The notes: generated by a model not told the origin, from the letters alone. A stretch of DNA of 64,000 nucleotides from an uncultured Myxococcales bacterium (GCA_965651135.1 CBFGRJ010000001.1:3318-67317), one strand, 5' to 3'; numbered from the stretch's first letter, positions 1 to 9,567 are shown. Translations and numbers: made by a program.

Positions 1-204
1 GGCTACGCCTTCGGCTCCCAGCATCTCGAGGGCGCGTCGTGCGCAATGGCGCCCGGCCTGAAACTCACGCCGTCGCTTTTCTACCGCGCGTGCGACATAG
101 CGCTGCTCTTGCTCGAAGAGGGGTTCGAGCGCTTCGAACGCACGCACCTCGCTGGTCACCACTCGCCCCGAGAACAGCTTGGCTGTGAGGGCGGCGGGGG
201 GCAC
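1..204 (-). CDS. 4'-phosphopantetheinyl transferase, EntD/PptT type (N-terminal 68 codons only; continues past left edge)
   Basis: Not in the ORF track because it runs off the edge. The minus-strand frame from GTG at 204 reads VPPAALTAKLFSGRVVTSEVRAFEALEPLFEQEQRYVARAVEKRRREFQAGRHCARRALEMLGAEGVA. The block AVEKRRREF..GRHCARRAL..LG matches the conserved N-terminal motif of EntD/PptT-type PPTases (M. tuberculosis PptT has SVAKRRNEFITVRHCARIALDQLG, recalled from memory). The GTG shares one base with the TAG stop of the upstream KS gene (TAGTG). Confidence 0.6.
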   Translation of the reverse strand, partial: MPPAALTAKLFSGRVVTSEVRAFEALEPLFEQEQRYVARAVEKRRREFQAGRHCARRALEMLGAEGVA

Positions 205-1772
205 TAACCGGTGAGATCCCAGGGGCGGGAGATGACACAAGCATTGATGCCACCGACGCCCATGCTGAGCTTGCCAACCGGTTGGCTGGGGAAGTTGACC
301 GGTCGATTGAAGACGAACCCCTGGCTCAGCTCTTTGATGGTGGCGTGGATCTCCGACTCGTTGAGCGTCGTGGGGAACAGGTGACCCCTTTCGTAGCCGA
401 GGTATTGCGCGGTCAGCTCCCAGCCGCCGCCGACGCCCATGCCGTGTCCGAAGGTCCCCTTGCGGGCCGTGACGAGCACCTGATTCGGAATCACCGAGAG
501 CAGGTTGGCCACCTCTAGGAAGTCGCCCGGTGTGGCCGTGGCATGCAGATCCCAGGAACCAATCGCGTTGGCATCGGTGGCGGCCGCACGCAACGCCATC
601 TGCATGGCTTTTTGCGGGCCCTCTTTGGAGGGCGTGATGATGTGGTCGGCGTCTGCCGAAACGCCCACCGAGAGCGGCTCGAGCCCCAACGGTCGGAAAC
701 CCTGAGCTAGGCCCCACTCGAGATCGCCCACGATCCAGATCGCCGCGCCGCCCGAGACATGCGTGCCTTTCAGGCCGGAAAGCGGCTTCGATGGCTCGCC
801 GTCCGCTGAAAGCACTCGCGCCGAATAGAAGGCGCCCACCGTCATGGGATGTGGGGGCGGATCCGCGGAACCGATCACTACCAGCTTGGCTTCGCCATGG
901 TCGATGGCGTCGATCGCCAGTTTGAGAGACACACTGAAGGTGGAGCAAGCGGCCACGGGCGCGAAGGAGAAGCCGGTGATCTTGCCGAGCATCGAGATCT
1001 GTGAGCTGGGAGTATTGGCAATGTTCCACAGCACATTGGCAGAGACGTAGTTCCAAGGAGGTTCGGGGGCGCCCCAGTCTTCGTGCAGCTGGGCGATGCG
1101 GCGCCTTTTCTCCCGAATGACCTTGAGCTTGCCGCTTTCGACGGCGCCTTCGACCTTGATCGCCTCGATTTCTCGAAGCTGCGCCAAAAACTCGGCGAGC
1201 TTGTCCGAGCGCTCCGCCCAATACGCATACCAGGCGTCCTCCAGCTCTTCACGCTCGTCGATGTTTCGCGCGCGACTCGGATCGGAAACCGGCAGATCGT
1301 CATGGGGGTCACGTTGGTAAGCACGCAACGCAGCGTTGCGTTCGGGATCCGCCCAAAAGCGGTTCCACCGTCGCTGCCCGTGGTAGTAGGCGATGGATGT
1401 GTCGTAAATGGTCGGGAATGCGCCAAGGGCCGTGCCCACGTAGACATGGGCTTGGGAGCCCAATTCCCGAAGCGCAGTCTCGATACCGGGATTCTGCCCC
1501 AGGGACTGGATGAACGAGCCCACCGCGTAGAGCGAGGTGGCGTCCATCTTGTCGACGAGCTGCTTGAATCGGCTCGGCGGGAACCGAGCTTCAATCCATC
1601 CCTGGTAATCGCTGAAGTCGAACTTCGGCTGACCGACGAGGAAGTTGTCTTTGCCGAACCCATTGAAGGGAGCCAGCCAGCTTTCGGCGGTCTCCAGGTT
1701 GGCGGCGAACTCGTCGATGTTCGCGCTTCGCGGGGCGACGACGCCCCAGCCAAAAATCGCAGCTCTCCGCAT
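204..1772 (-). CDS. beta-ketoacyl synthase (KAS I/II-like condensing enzyme) with ~100-aa insertion
   Basis: Track ORF, ATG at 1772. Cys-His-His triad: FAPVAACSTFSVSL, SWDLHATATPGD, KGTFGHGMGVGGG. A charged, probably helical insertion (RRWNRFWADPERN...RRIAQLHEDWG) precedes the active-site Cys, giving 522 aa versus about 410 for FabB/FabF. Confidence 0.85.
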   Translation of the reverse strand: MRRAAIFGWGVVAPRSANIDEFAANLETAESWLAPFNGFGKDNFLVGQPKFDFSDYQGWIEARFPPSRFKQLVDKMDATSLYAVGSFIQSLGQNPGIETALRELGSQAHVYVGTALGAFPTIYDTSIAYYHGQRRWNRFWADPERNAALRAYQRDPHDDLPVSDPSRARNIDEREELEDAWYAYWAERSDKLAEFLAQLREIEAIKVEGAVESGKLKVIREKRRRIAQLHEDWGAPEPPWNYVSANVLWNIANTPSSQISMLGKITGFSFAPVAACSTFSVSLKLAIDAIDHGEAKLVVIGSADPPPHPMTVGAFYSARVLSADGEPSKPLSGLKGTHVSGGAAIWIVGDLEWGLAQGFRPLGLEPLSVGVSADADHIITPSKEGPQKAMQMALRAAATDANAIGSWDLHATATPGDFLEVANLLSVIPNQVLVTARKGTFGHGMGVGGGWELTAQYLGYERGHLFPTTLNESEIHATIKELSQGFVFNRPVNFPSQPVGKLSMGVGGINACVISRPWDLTG

Positions 1773-2010
1773 GGTTCTGTTCCTATCGGACGCTGGAATG
1801 TAGAAGGGGCGCGTAAAGAGTCAACAGTCCAGGTTTTTACGCACCAACACCGCAGGGTGAGAAGGGGGCTACGCGCCGGGTGGCTGGTCCGGCGCAGTGC
1901 GTCATCCTGGGGACCTTTGCACCGAAATTCCACAGAGTTTGCGCGTCGGGTTCGTGTTTCCACCGCCCGGCGCTGGTACAAGCGTGGTCGAACCGCGGAG
2001 GCTTTCGAAC

Positions 2011-3489
2011 ATGGTGAACCTTGAGGACCGAGTTGGGATCAGCGCGATGAGCCTATACGTGCCGGGGCTTCGAGTGCAGCTGGAGGCGTGGTGCGAGTGG
2101 ACCAACAATCCGTGGGACAAGATCCAAAACGTGGTCGGGCGAAGCTTTCGCGTCTGCGCCCCGGACGAGAACGTGTACACCATGGCCGCAGGGGCGGTTC
2201 TGGACCTGATCCGACACAATGACATCGATCCAACGCGCATCGGTTTTCTCGGCCTCGGCACCGAATCCAGCACGGACAACGCAGCAGGGGCGGTGATCGT
2301 TCGCGGTATGGTGGATCGGGCGCTCGAAGCCGTGGGCCTGCCAAGACTGGCTCGCAACATGGAGGTGCCGGAATTCAAGCATGCGTGCCTGGGTGGCATC
2401 TACGGCCTGAAGAATGCGCTACGGTACGTGTCTTTCGACGGGGCGGAGCGCCAAGCCATCGTCGTGAGCGCCGATGTTGCGGAATACGAGCGCGGCAGCA
2501 GTGGCGAACAGACTCAGGGAGCAGGGGCGGTAGCGATGCTGGTCGAGCGCGACCCGAAGCTTTTGGGTATCGACCTCAAGCATGCCGGCAACGCCTCCGA
2601 TTACCGGGGTCCGGACTTCAGAAAGCCCTTTGCCCGCCACTTCACCCAGGGGTACGCGGAGCGCACCAAGCGGCCCAGCGATTTTCCCATCTTCAGCGGC
2701 AAGTACTCGACGTATGCGTATCTCGACGAGACCGTGCACGCCGTGGAAGACATGCTCAGGCACCAAAATAGCTCACATGGCGCGTACTATCGAGACGTCA
2801 AGGCGCTGTTCTTCCATCGCCCGTACAATCACATGCCCATCCAAGCCATGTCGTTTCTCTACGTGCGTGGGCTCGTGCGCAGCGACCACCACGGTGAGGA
2901 GCTCAGTGAGCTGTGTGCTGAAGCCGGCGTAAGCCTCGAAGAGCTGCTCGCAGAGACCCAGAGCCGGCCCGATCTTTACCAGCGGGTGATCGACGGCAAC
3001 TCGGCCGATGACCCCTATCGAGCCACCAGCGCCGTGGCTGCGGCCCTCAGGCGGCGCCCGAGCTTTCGAGAGCTGCTGCAGCAAAAAATGGCGCTCGGTT
3101 CCGAGTGCATGCGTGATCTCGGCAATTTGTACACCGCGGCTTTGCCAGCCTGGATCGCGGCCGGGCTCGAAGAGGCGGCAGAGCGGCAGCTCGACCTATC
3201 GGGACCCATGGTGGCCGTAGGCTATGGCAGCGGCGACGCGGCAGAAGCCATTCCCATGGCCTCCGTTCCGGGTTGGGAACAGGCCGCGGCGCGCATCGGG
3301 TTCCAGCGCGCGCTCGAAGGGGCTCAGGACCTGACGCGCGAGCAGTACGAAGCCCTCCACGATGGCGTGGCCGTCCCCGATCTGAAGCGAGACGACCCAC
3401 GCGGGTTTCGCATTGCCCGCGTCGGGGAAACCTACGAACACGGTTTTCAGGACCTCGGGGTGGAGTACTACGAATACCTGGGCGCCTGA
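2011..3489 (+). CDS. hydroxymethylglutaryl-CoA synthase family protein
   Basis: Track ORF is 1897..3489. I prefer ATG 2011, which has GGAG about 11 nt upstream (MVNLEDRVGISAMSLYVPG). HMGS catalytic signatures: Glu in LGLGTESSTDNA, Cys in EFKHACLGGIYGL, His in LFFHRPYNHMP. Divergent from the KS gene. Confidence 0.85.
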   Translation: MVNLEDRVGISAMSLYVPGLRVQLEAWCEWTNNPWDKIQNVVGRSFRVCAPDENVYTMAAGAVLDLIRHNDIDPTRIGFLGLGTESSTDNAAGAVIVRGMVDRALEAVGLPRLARNMEVPEFKHACLGGIYGLKNALRYVSFDGAERQAIVVSADVAEYERGSSGEQTQGAGAVAMLVERDPKLLGIDLKHAGNASDYRGPDFRKPFARHFTQGYAERTKRPSDFPIFSGKYSTYAYLDETVHAVEDMLRHQNSSHGAYYRDVKALFFHRPYNHMPIQAMSFLYVRGLVRSDHHGEELSELCAEAGVSLEELLAETQSRPDLYQRVIDGNSADDPYRATSAVAAALRRRPSFRELLQQKMALGSECMRDLGNLYTAALPAWIAAGLEEAAERQLDLSGPMVAVGYGSGDAAEAIPMASVPGWEQAAARIGFQRALEGAQDLTREQYEALHDGVAVPDLKRDDPRGFRIARVGETYEHGFQDLGVEYYEYLGA

Positions 3490-3510
3490 TTTCGCTGGCT
3501 CATTTCATTT

Positions 3511-3590
3511 GGCGCGACAGGTTTTTTCCTAGGCTTCGCGCCAAAGCGTGGGCGGCCTCGGACTGCCTGTGGTACCCGCAGCCGCTTTTT
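3511..3590 (+). terminator. possible intrinsic terminator after the HMGS-like gene
   Basis: GGCGCGA(3511-3517)/TCGCGCC(3536-3542) form a 7-bp stem. A second imperfect GC hairpin, GCGGC(3552-3556)...GCCGC(3581-3585), is followed directly by TTTTT (3586-3590). Both stems are weak or interrupted. Confidence 0.25.
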
Positions 3591-3646
3591 GCTAGACCCC
3601 CTTGCGAGCGCGATTCCGCGCTGTAACGCAGAGGTTCAACGGGACA

Positions 3647-4399
3647 ATGAGCGGTCATTCGAAATGGGCAACCATCAAACGCAAGAAAGGGGCGAATGAC
3701 GCCGCCCGCGGCAAGCTCTTCACGAAGTTGGTCAAAGAAATAGCGACAGCCGCACGCATGGGAGGAGGGGACCCCGACGCCAACGCGCGGCTGCGCAAGG
3801 CCGTCAACGACGCCAAGGCCCAGCAGATGCCCAGTGACAGCATCAAGCGGGCCATCCAGCGTGGAACGGGTGAGATCGAAGGGGCCAACTACGAAGAGGT
3901 GCTTTACGAGGGTACGGGTCCCAGCGGTACGCTGTTTTTGGTCGAGGGTATGACGGACAACCGCAACCGAACGGTCGCTGAGCTGCGGAAGATGTTCGAG
4001 CGCCACAATGGCAACCTGGGCGGGTCTGGAACGGCGCAGTGGGCATTCGATCGGCTAGGTACCATCACGCTGGACAAGAGTCAGGTCAGCGAGGAGCGCT
4101 TGATGGAAGCCGCGCTCGAGGCTGGCGCCGAAGACTACCGGGACGAAGGCGACGTGTGGACGGTATACACGCCGGTGGAACAACTGTTCGACGTGGTCGA
4201 ATCGTTCGAAAAGAGCAAACTGCAGGTTCAAGACAGCAAGCTCGCCTACGTTCCCAAGACCAGGAAGGAAGTGACGGGGCGGGATGCGGAGGTTTGTTTG
4301 AACCTGGTGGATGCCTTGGACGACCACGACGACGTGCAGAACGTGTTCGCCGACTTCGACGTTCCGGATGAGGAGCTCGCCCGCATCAGCGGTAGCTGA
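3647..4399 (+). CDS. yebC: YebC/PmpR family DNA-binding transcriptional regulator
   Basis: Track ORF is 3602..4399. ATG 3647 gives the hallmark N-terminus MSGHSKWATIKRKKGANDAARGKLFTKLVKEI. 250 aa, a typical length. Confidence 0.9.
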   Translation: MSGHSKWATIKRKKGANDAARGKLFTKLVKEIATAARMGGGDPDANARLRKAVNDAKAQQMPSDSIKRAIQRGTGEIEGANYEEVLYEGTGPSGTLFLVEGMTDNRNRTVAELRKMFERHNGNLGGSGTAQWAFDRLGTITLDKSQVSEERLMEAALEAGAEDYRDEGDVWTVYTPVEQLFDVVESFEKSKLQVQDSKLAYVPKTRKEVTGRDAEVCLNLVDALDDHDDVQNVFADFDVPDEELARISGS

Positions 4400-4408
4400 C
4401 GGATTGGC

Positions 4409-5074
4409 TCAGAACCCGGGCAGGCGGAACTGCACGGCGGCAAAGTACGTGAAGATCATGTGAGAAATGATCAAAGGCGGCAGGCGCCCGAACAGGCGCC
4501 CCATGAACCCCCAGACCAGGCCGCAGCCGAGCGCGGCTAGCGGCAAGATGGGGTTCAGGCCGGCGGGTCCACGCAGCGTGAAGGCCGTGGGCAGCAGCGA
4601 TAGGGAGTACAACACGGCGCTGAGCGGCCACGAGCGTCGATCGCCGTAGCGCTGCATCAACTGATCCAACACCATGGCGCGCCAAACGATCTCCTCCAAT
4701 GTCGCAATGGCAAGCAGAGCCAAGATGACGAGCACCGAGCTCTGCACCACCGCAGGGTCGCCGACCATGAGGTACACGTAGAGCACCCAGGCCTGCTCAT
4801 CGCTGCCAGCGGGCGTGATGGTTGCCCGACCGAGCCAAGACCCGACCAGAAGCACGAGACCGGTGATCGCTCCAATCGCAAAGTCGCCGCTCTTGAACTT
4901 GAACACGGCGCGCAAGATGCCTTCGTCCCACATTCGGTAGATGGCCCAGGCGCCGAGCGCGGCGTACACGCCGAGCAGCGTGCCAAAAAACTTCCAGGTC
5001 CCACCCCATTCGGGGTCGAATGCCAGCGTCGTGGCTGCCGCCGTGGTCAGCAGCACAGCGAAGACCACTCTCAT
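4409..5074 (-). CDS. CPBP (CAAX/Abi) family intramembrane metalloprotease
   Basis: Polytopic membrane protein with an EExxxR motif (LEEIVWRAM) and a distal His motif (ISHMIFTYF). Its ATG overlaps the coaBC stop (ATGA at 5071-5074). Confidence 0.7.
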   Translation of the reverse strand: MRVVFAVLLTTAAATTLAFDPEWGGTWKFFGTLLGVYAALGAWAIYRMWDEGILRAVFKFKSGDFAIGAITGLVLLVGSWLGRATITPAGSDEQAWVLYVYLMVGDPAVVQSSVLVILALLAIATLEEIVWRAMVLDQLMQRYGDRRSWPLSAVLYSLSLLPTAFTLRGPAGLNPILPLAALGCGLVWGFMGRLFGRLPPLIISHMIFTYFAAVQFRLPGF

Positions 5075-6405
5075 TCGGTAGCCTCGCCCGATTCTACCTC
5101 CCGTAGCTTTGCAGCGATCCAGGTCAGGATCTTGTCCGCCAGCTCGGCTTTAACCAGATGCCCCACGTCCGTGCAGTCCCGTACTCCGACCAGCAGGGCG
5201 CTACTCTCGTCGGCATCGAGAGCCTCCGAGCTATTGGCAACGATCAGATCGACGCGTTTGTTGATCAGCTTTTGACGGGCTAGACCAATGAGATTCGAAC
5301 CATGCTCTGTCTCGAGCCCAAAGCCCACCAGCACCGGAAATTTCCCGGCGCGCCTGCGCCCAAATGTCGCGAGAATATCGGGGTTGGGAGTCAGCTCCAG
5401 GTTGAGCGCAGCGTCGCTGCGCTTGAGCTTTTGTTGGTTCGGCTCGGCGACGCGATAGTCGGCCACCGCCGCCGCCATGATCAGCGCGTCCGCTCCAGAC
5501 AAGTCGGCTCCCAGCGCCTCCATCAAAGCTTCTTGCATCTCGAGCGCCGTCATCACGTTGATGCGCTGGACGTTGCGCGGTGTTCGAAGCTCGACCGGTC
5601 CGGTCACCAAAGTGACTCGCGCGCCGCGTTGCTGGGCCCGCTGCGCCAGTGCAAAGCCCATCTTGCCCGACGAGCGATTGCTCAAGTATCTGACGGGGTC
5701 GATGGCTTCGCGGGTGGGCCCTGCGCTCACCACGATATGGCGCCCTCTGAGATCGTCCGGGGCCAGGCAGCCCGTGAGGGCCTCGAAAATCTCCTCCGGC
5801 TCCGCCATCCTGCCCATGCCGATCTCGCCGGATGCCACCTCACCGGAGACGGGACCTACCATGACGACGTTGGGTTGTGACGCAAGGATGACGACGTTGT
5901 GCTGAGTTCTCGGATGTTCCCACATGGCCGGGTGCATGGCGGGAGCGATGATGACCGGGCAGCGCGAGGCTAGCACCAGCGCACTCGTCAGGTCGCCGGC
6001 ATGCCCATGCGCTAGGCGAGCCAGTGTATCTGCGGTCGCTGGAACGATCAGGATCGCGTCGGCATCCCGCGCCAAGTCGACGTGGGGTTCGCCAGCGCGC
6101 CCGAACATGTCACTTTCGACTTCTTCACCCGTGAGCGCGGCAAAGGTCGACGCTTGCACGAATCTCTCGGCGGTCTGGGTGATGACCACTTTGACCTGCG
6201 CACCCTCCTTCAACAACAGCCTCAGCAAGACGATGGCTTTGTATGCGGCGATGCTGCCCGTCACGCAGAGCACCAAGCGCTTGCCTGCAAGCTGGCGCTG
6301 ACGAGGAGGCGCCGCTTGCTTTGGCACGGACGGCGGTTCGAAGTCTACGGGAACCCCGGCGGCCGGCCGCGGCAGGGATCCGGGGTTCTTGGGGTCCGAA
6401 TTCAT
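5071..6405 (-). CDS. coaBC: bifunctional phosphopantothenoylcysteine decarboxylase / phosphopantothenate-cysteine ligase
   Basis: GKRLVLCVTGSIAAYKAIVLL marks the flavoprotein domain and VSAGPTREAIDPVRYLSNRSSGKMG the CoaB domain. The track ORF extends to 6663 but that part overlaps mpg. ATG 6405 (MNSDPKNPG) is the first start clear of mpg. Confidence 0.85.
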   Translation of the reverse strand: MNSDPKNPGSLPRPAAGVPVDFEPPSVPKQAAPPRQRQLAGKRLVLCVTGSIAAYKAIVLLRLLLKEGAQVKVVITQTAERFVQASTFAALTGEEVESDMFGRAGEPHVDLARDADAILIVPATADTLARLAHGHAGDLTSALVLASRCPVIIAPAMHPAMWEHPRTQHNVVILASQPNVVMVGPVSGEVASGEIGMGRMAEPEEIFEALTGCLAPDDLRGRHIVVSAGPTREAIDPVRYLSNRSSGKMGFALAQRAQQRGARVTLVTGPVELRTPRNVQRINVMTALEMQEALMEALGADLSGADALIMAAAVADYRVAEPNQQKLKRSDAALNLELTPNPDILATFGRRRAGKFPVLVGFGLETEHGSNLIGLARQKLINKRVDLIVANSSEALDADESSALLVGVRDCTDVGHLVKAELADKILTWIAAKLREVESGEATE

Positions 6406-6439
6406 GAATTCTGGGATATCCCGCGGAATCCCTAGGCGA

Positions 6440-7066
6440 TCAAGCGCCGTGAGCTGCTCGCAGCTTGGAGACGTGGCGGCTTTTCGGATCGTAAAACCGC
6501 CATGGCTTGCTGGCCCAAATTCCCGCGTAGTCGACCCCGATGCGTGGCGAACGGGCAACCGGAGCCGGCGGGCCGTCTGCGAGAAAGAGCTCCGCCCGGC
6601 ACAGGTCCAGGCCGTAATGGGCTCGGTTGAGCCCAAGCGCCTGGCACAGCTTACCTGGGCCATTGGTGAGGGTAGGGCTCTCTTTTGCCAGGCCGCGATT
6701 TTTTGCCATCACGCCGATGCCCAAAAGAGGTTCAATCGCCCGGACCAACACCGCGTGGGGGTCGCCTTCGCGCCCCGTCACGATGTTGAAGTTCCAATAC
6801 ATGCCGTAGATCAAGAACATGTAGGCGTGACCGGCAGGGCCGAACATAACCTCCGTGCGCAGTGTGCGCCGACCGCCGAAGCTGTGCGCCGCGCGATCTT
6901 CCGGTCCTCGATAGGCCTCGGTTTCTACGATGCGTCCGGCAAGCCAGCGATTACCCAGCTTGCGTACCAGAATCTTTCCTATGCATTCACGAGCCACGGT
7001 GAGCACGGGTCGTGCATAAAAGGAACGGTCTAGTCGAACGAGGTTTTGCGGCAATGACCTTGTCAT
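6440..7066 (-). CDS. mpg: DNA-3-methyladenine glycosylase (AAG/MPG family)
   Basis: GRIVETEAYRGPEDRAAHSFGGRRTLRTEVMFGPAGHAYMFLIYGMYWNFNIV is typical of the MPG family. The track ORF runs to 7204. ATG 7066 (MTRSLPQNL) gives 208 aa and overlaps the feoB stop by 1 nt (TGATG). Confidence 0.85.
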   Translation of the reverse strand: MTRSLPQNLVRLDRSFYARPVLTVARECIGKILVRKLGNRWLAGRIVETEAYRGPEDRAAHSFGGRRTLRTEVMFGPAGHAYMFLIYGMYWNFNIVTGREGDPHAVLVRAIEPLLGIGVMAKNRGLAKESPTLTNGPGKLCQALGLNRAHYGLDLCRAELFLADGPPAPVARSPRIGVDYAGIWASKPWRFYDPKSRHVSKLRAAHGA

Positions 7067-9219
7067 CAAAACCCGAGCAACTTGCCTCCCTGATAGACGA
7101 GAAAGCTCGCTACGTAGGCAAGCCCCGTCATGTAGGCAAAAAGAAACAGCGGCCAGCGCCAGGAGCGGGTTTCTCGGCGCACCACGGCGAGTGTGCTCAT
7201 GCATTGGCAGGCGAGCGCGAAGAACACCATCAGTGATAGTCCCGTGAGCGGGCTATATACTGGCGAGCCGTCTGCTCTGGTCTCCGTGCGTATGCGTTCC
7301 CGTAGAGGAGCGTCGTTTTCCTCGGCGTCACCGATGCCATAGACGAGCCCCATGGTGGAAACGAAGACTTCTCGAGCCGCGAACGCACCGATGATACCAA
7401 CTCCGATCTTCCAATCGAAGCCCAGTGGTTCTATGGCGGGTTCAATCGCTTTGCCGAGCCGCCCTCCATAGCTGCTTTGGATGGTGGTGGTCGTGGCTGC
7501 GGCAGGCAAGTCCACGCTTGCCGTGGCGTCCGTGCCCGCTCGGGGAAAGGACAAGAGCGCCCAGAGCACAATCGTACAAACCAAGATGACAGTGCCCGCT
7601 TCCTTCAAGAACAGCAAAGACCGCTCCCACATCATTCTCAGCGTGGTGAGTAGCCGAGGCACGCGGTACGGCGGGAGCTCCAGAATGAGGGGAATGCTTT
7701 TGCCTTTGACCACGGTCCGCCCCAACACCCAGGCGGCAAATAACGAGATGACGATGCTGAACAGGTACATGCACACCATCAACAGCCCCTGCAGCGGGAT
7801 TGCCCCAAAAACTTCCGTGGGAGGGAACAGGGCGGCAACGATCAGTGTGTAGACCGGAAGTCGAGCGGAGCAGGTCATCAGCGGGACGACGAGCATCGTC
7901 AGCAGCCGATCGCGCTCTCGCTCCATGGTACGAGTCGCCAAGATGGCTGGCACGGCGCAGGCGAAGCCCGAGAGCATGGGGACGAACGCTCGCCCATGGA
8001 GCCCCAGCGTTCGCATGATGCGATCCATGAGGTACGCGACGCGTGCCATGTAGCCCGAGTCTTCGAGCACACCGATGAAGAAGAACAGCAGCAGTATTTG
8101 CGGCAGAAATACCACCACATTGCCGACGCCGCCGATCACTCCTTCGGTGAGCAGGTCTCGGAACAGTCCCGGCGGCAGGGTTTCGGTGATTGTATTCGAA
8201 AGTCCCACGAAAGCCGTCTCGACGAGAGAAATCACCGGATCGGACCAGGCGAACAGCGACTGGAACACCAAAAGCATCAGGCCGATGAAGAACACGAACC
8301 CGAACGTGGGATGCAACAGCAGACGATCCAAACGCTGCGCCTTGCGTTCTCGCGCTCTGGCTGCCCGGGCGCGCCCGTAAAAGCGCGGCTCCAAATCATC
8401 GAGCAGCGCGTAGCGCGTCGTGATGACCTCTTGGTCGATATCGCTGCCCAGAGCGGCCTGGTGCTGGTCTAGGGCGCATTGTCTGAGCTCGTCTGGAATG
8501 CCCGACAGCTCGTCGTCGTCAGAAATGCTGGTCAATGCCCAGAGGGCCAGCGCTCGGTCGTGCTCCACATTTTTGCGCCAGCTTTCCGGGAGCGCACTGG
8601 CCAAGGCATCGACACGCTCCCGCACGGCGCTTGGATATCGAGCATGCAGCCGCGGGAGCGGCGGGTTGGCGAGGGCTCGACTGATGGCTGCTCGAAGCTC
8701 TTCGACGCCCTCGCCGCTGCGCGCCGAGAGCCCGATGCAGGGGACCCCGAATGCCTCCGCAATCGCCGCGGGCTCCGGTGCTGCTCCCTCGGTCTCGTCC
8801 ATCATGTTCAAGGCAATGAGCATGGGTGGCCGAAACTCTGCGAGCTGCAGCGCCAGATACAAATTGCGGCTCAGCTGCCCGGCGTCGACGACGACCACGA
8901 CCAGGTCGGGCTTGGGGTAACCATCCAGCCCAAGCACGCTGTTGAGCGCGATCTGTTCCTCCGCGGAGCGAGCGCTGAGCGAATAGCATCCGGGAACGTC
9001 CACGAGCTCTGCGCGTTGCAGCTGCCCTTCCCGGTTCACCGTGACGGTGCCGACCCTGCGCTCCACGGTGACGCCCGGGTAGTTCCCCACGCGCGCATTC
9101 TGACCCGTCAGACGATTGAACAGCGTGGTCTTACCTACGTTCGGATTGCCGACCAGCGCAATGTGCGGTCGCCGCGGCTGGGGCTCAGGAACCGGAAGGG
9201 GCGAAGCGTGCACCGACAA
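7066..9219 (-). CDS. feoB: ferrous iron transporter FeoB
   Basis: N-terminal G-domain (ALVGNPNVGKTTLFNRLTG) followed by about 450 aa of polytopic membrane domain. feoA lies immediately upstream. Confidence 0.95.
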   Translation of the reverse strand: MSVHASPLPVPEPQPRRPHIALVGNPNVGKTTLFNRLTGQNARVGNYPGVTVERRVGTVTVNREGQLQRAELVDVPGCYSLSARSAEEQIALNSVLGLDGYPKPDLVVVVVDAGQLSRNLYLALQLAEFRPPMLIALNMMDETEGAAPEPAAIAEAFGVPCIGLSARSGEGVEELRAAISRALANPPLPRLHARYPSAVRERVDALASALPESWRKNVEHDRALALWALTSISDDDELSGIPDELRQCALDQHQAALGSDIDQEVITTRYALLDDLEPRFYGRARAARARERKAQRLDRLLLHPTFGFVFFIGLMLLVFQSLFAWSDPVISLVETAFVGLSNTITETLPPGLFRDLLTEGVIGGVGNVVVFLPQILLLFFFIGVLEDSGYMARVAYLMDRIMRTLGLHGRAFVPMLSGFACAVPAILATRTMERERDRLLTMLVVPLMTCSARLPVYTLIVAALFPPTEVFGAIPLQGLLMVCMYLFSIVISLFAAWVLGRTVVKGKSIPLILELPPYRVPRLLTTLRMMWERSLLFLKEAGTVILVCTIVLWALLSFPRAGTDATASVDLPAAATTTTIQSSYGGRLGKAIEPAIEPLGFDWKIGVGIIGAFAAREVFVSTMGLVYGIGDAEENDAPLRERIRTETRADGSPVYSPLTGLSLMVFFALACQCMSTLAVVRRETRSWRWPLFLFAYMTGLAYVASFLVYQGGKLLGF

Positions 9220-9234
9220 CCAAAGCGAGATGGG

Positions 9235-9510
9235 CTAGGCGGAGACAGCGGCTTCGGAAGCCACTGGGGCAGCCGCTTCGACTTCTTCGAGGACACGCAC
9301 TCGAATCAGCTCTGCTTCGTTGCGCCGGATCGAGAGCTGGCAGCCGCGCACCAACAAGTGCATCGGGTCGCCCAAAGGCGCGACGCCGAGGAAGGTGATC
9401 CGCGTACCGGGCACCAAGCCAAGCTCCATCAGGCGACGGCGAAAGCTGCGCTCCCCGTCAATCGTCTCTATCTCGACAACGTCGCCGATCCTGGCCTTTG
9501 CCAACGTCAT
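9235..9510 (-). CDS. feoA: FeoA family iron transport protein
   Basis: Small SH3-like FeoA: GDVVEIETIDGE...LMELGLVPGTRITFLGVAPLGDPMHLLVRGCQLSIRRNEA. The track starts at GTG 9516. ATG 9510 (MTLAKARIGD) is equally possible. Confidence 0.85.
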   Translation of the reverse strand: MTLAKARIGDVVEIETIDGERSFRRRLMELGLVPGTRITFLGVAPLGDPMHLLVRGCQLSIRRNEAELIRVRVLEEVEAAAPVASEAAVSA

Positions 9511-9530
9511 ACCCACAGGGTAGCTCAGCT

Positions 9531-9549
9531 GAAAACGATTTTCAAATTC
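9531..9549 (-). promoter_or_regulatory. Fur-box-like operator upstream of feoA
   Basis: The minus strand reads GAATTTGAAAATCGTTTTC, matching 13 of 19 positions of the E. coli Fur consensus GATAATGATAATCATTATC by my count. It is an AT-rich island in GC-rich DNA, about 20 nt upstream of the feoA ATG, with GAAAA/TTTTC inverted arms. It overlaps a candidate promoter: TTGAAA (9545-9540), 17-nt spacer, TACCCT (9522-9517). Confidence 0.4.
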
Positions 9550-9567
9550 AGAGAACGCGCCACAAAA

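Noticed and set aside
65-277. 70-aa minus-strand track ORF at the left edge
   Set aside because: It overlaps the KS C-terminus and has no motifs. A different minus frame (1..204) gives a convincing PptT/EntD-type PPTase N-terminus.
1-3489. Reading the KS + HMGS pair as a standard polyketide beta-branching cassette
   Set aside because: The KS retains the active-site Cys (cassette KSs have Ser). No ACP or ECH1/ECH2 genes are adjacent, and the only crotonase (22016..22819) is 19 kb away beside a beta-oxidation dehydrogenase.
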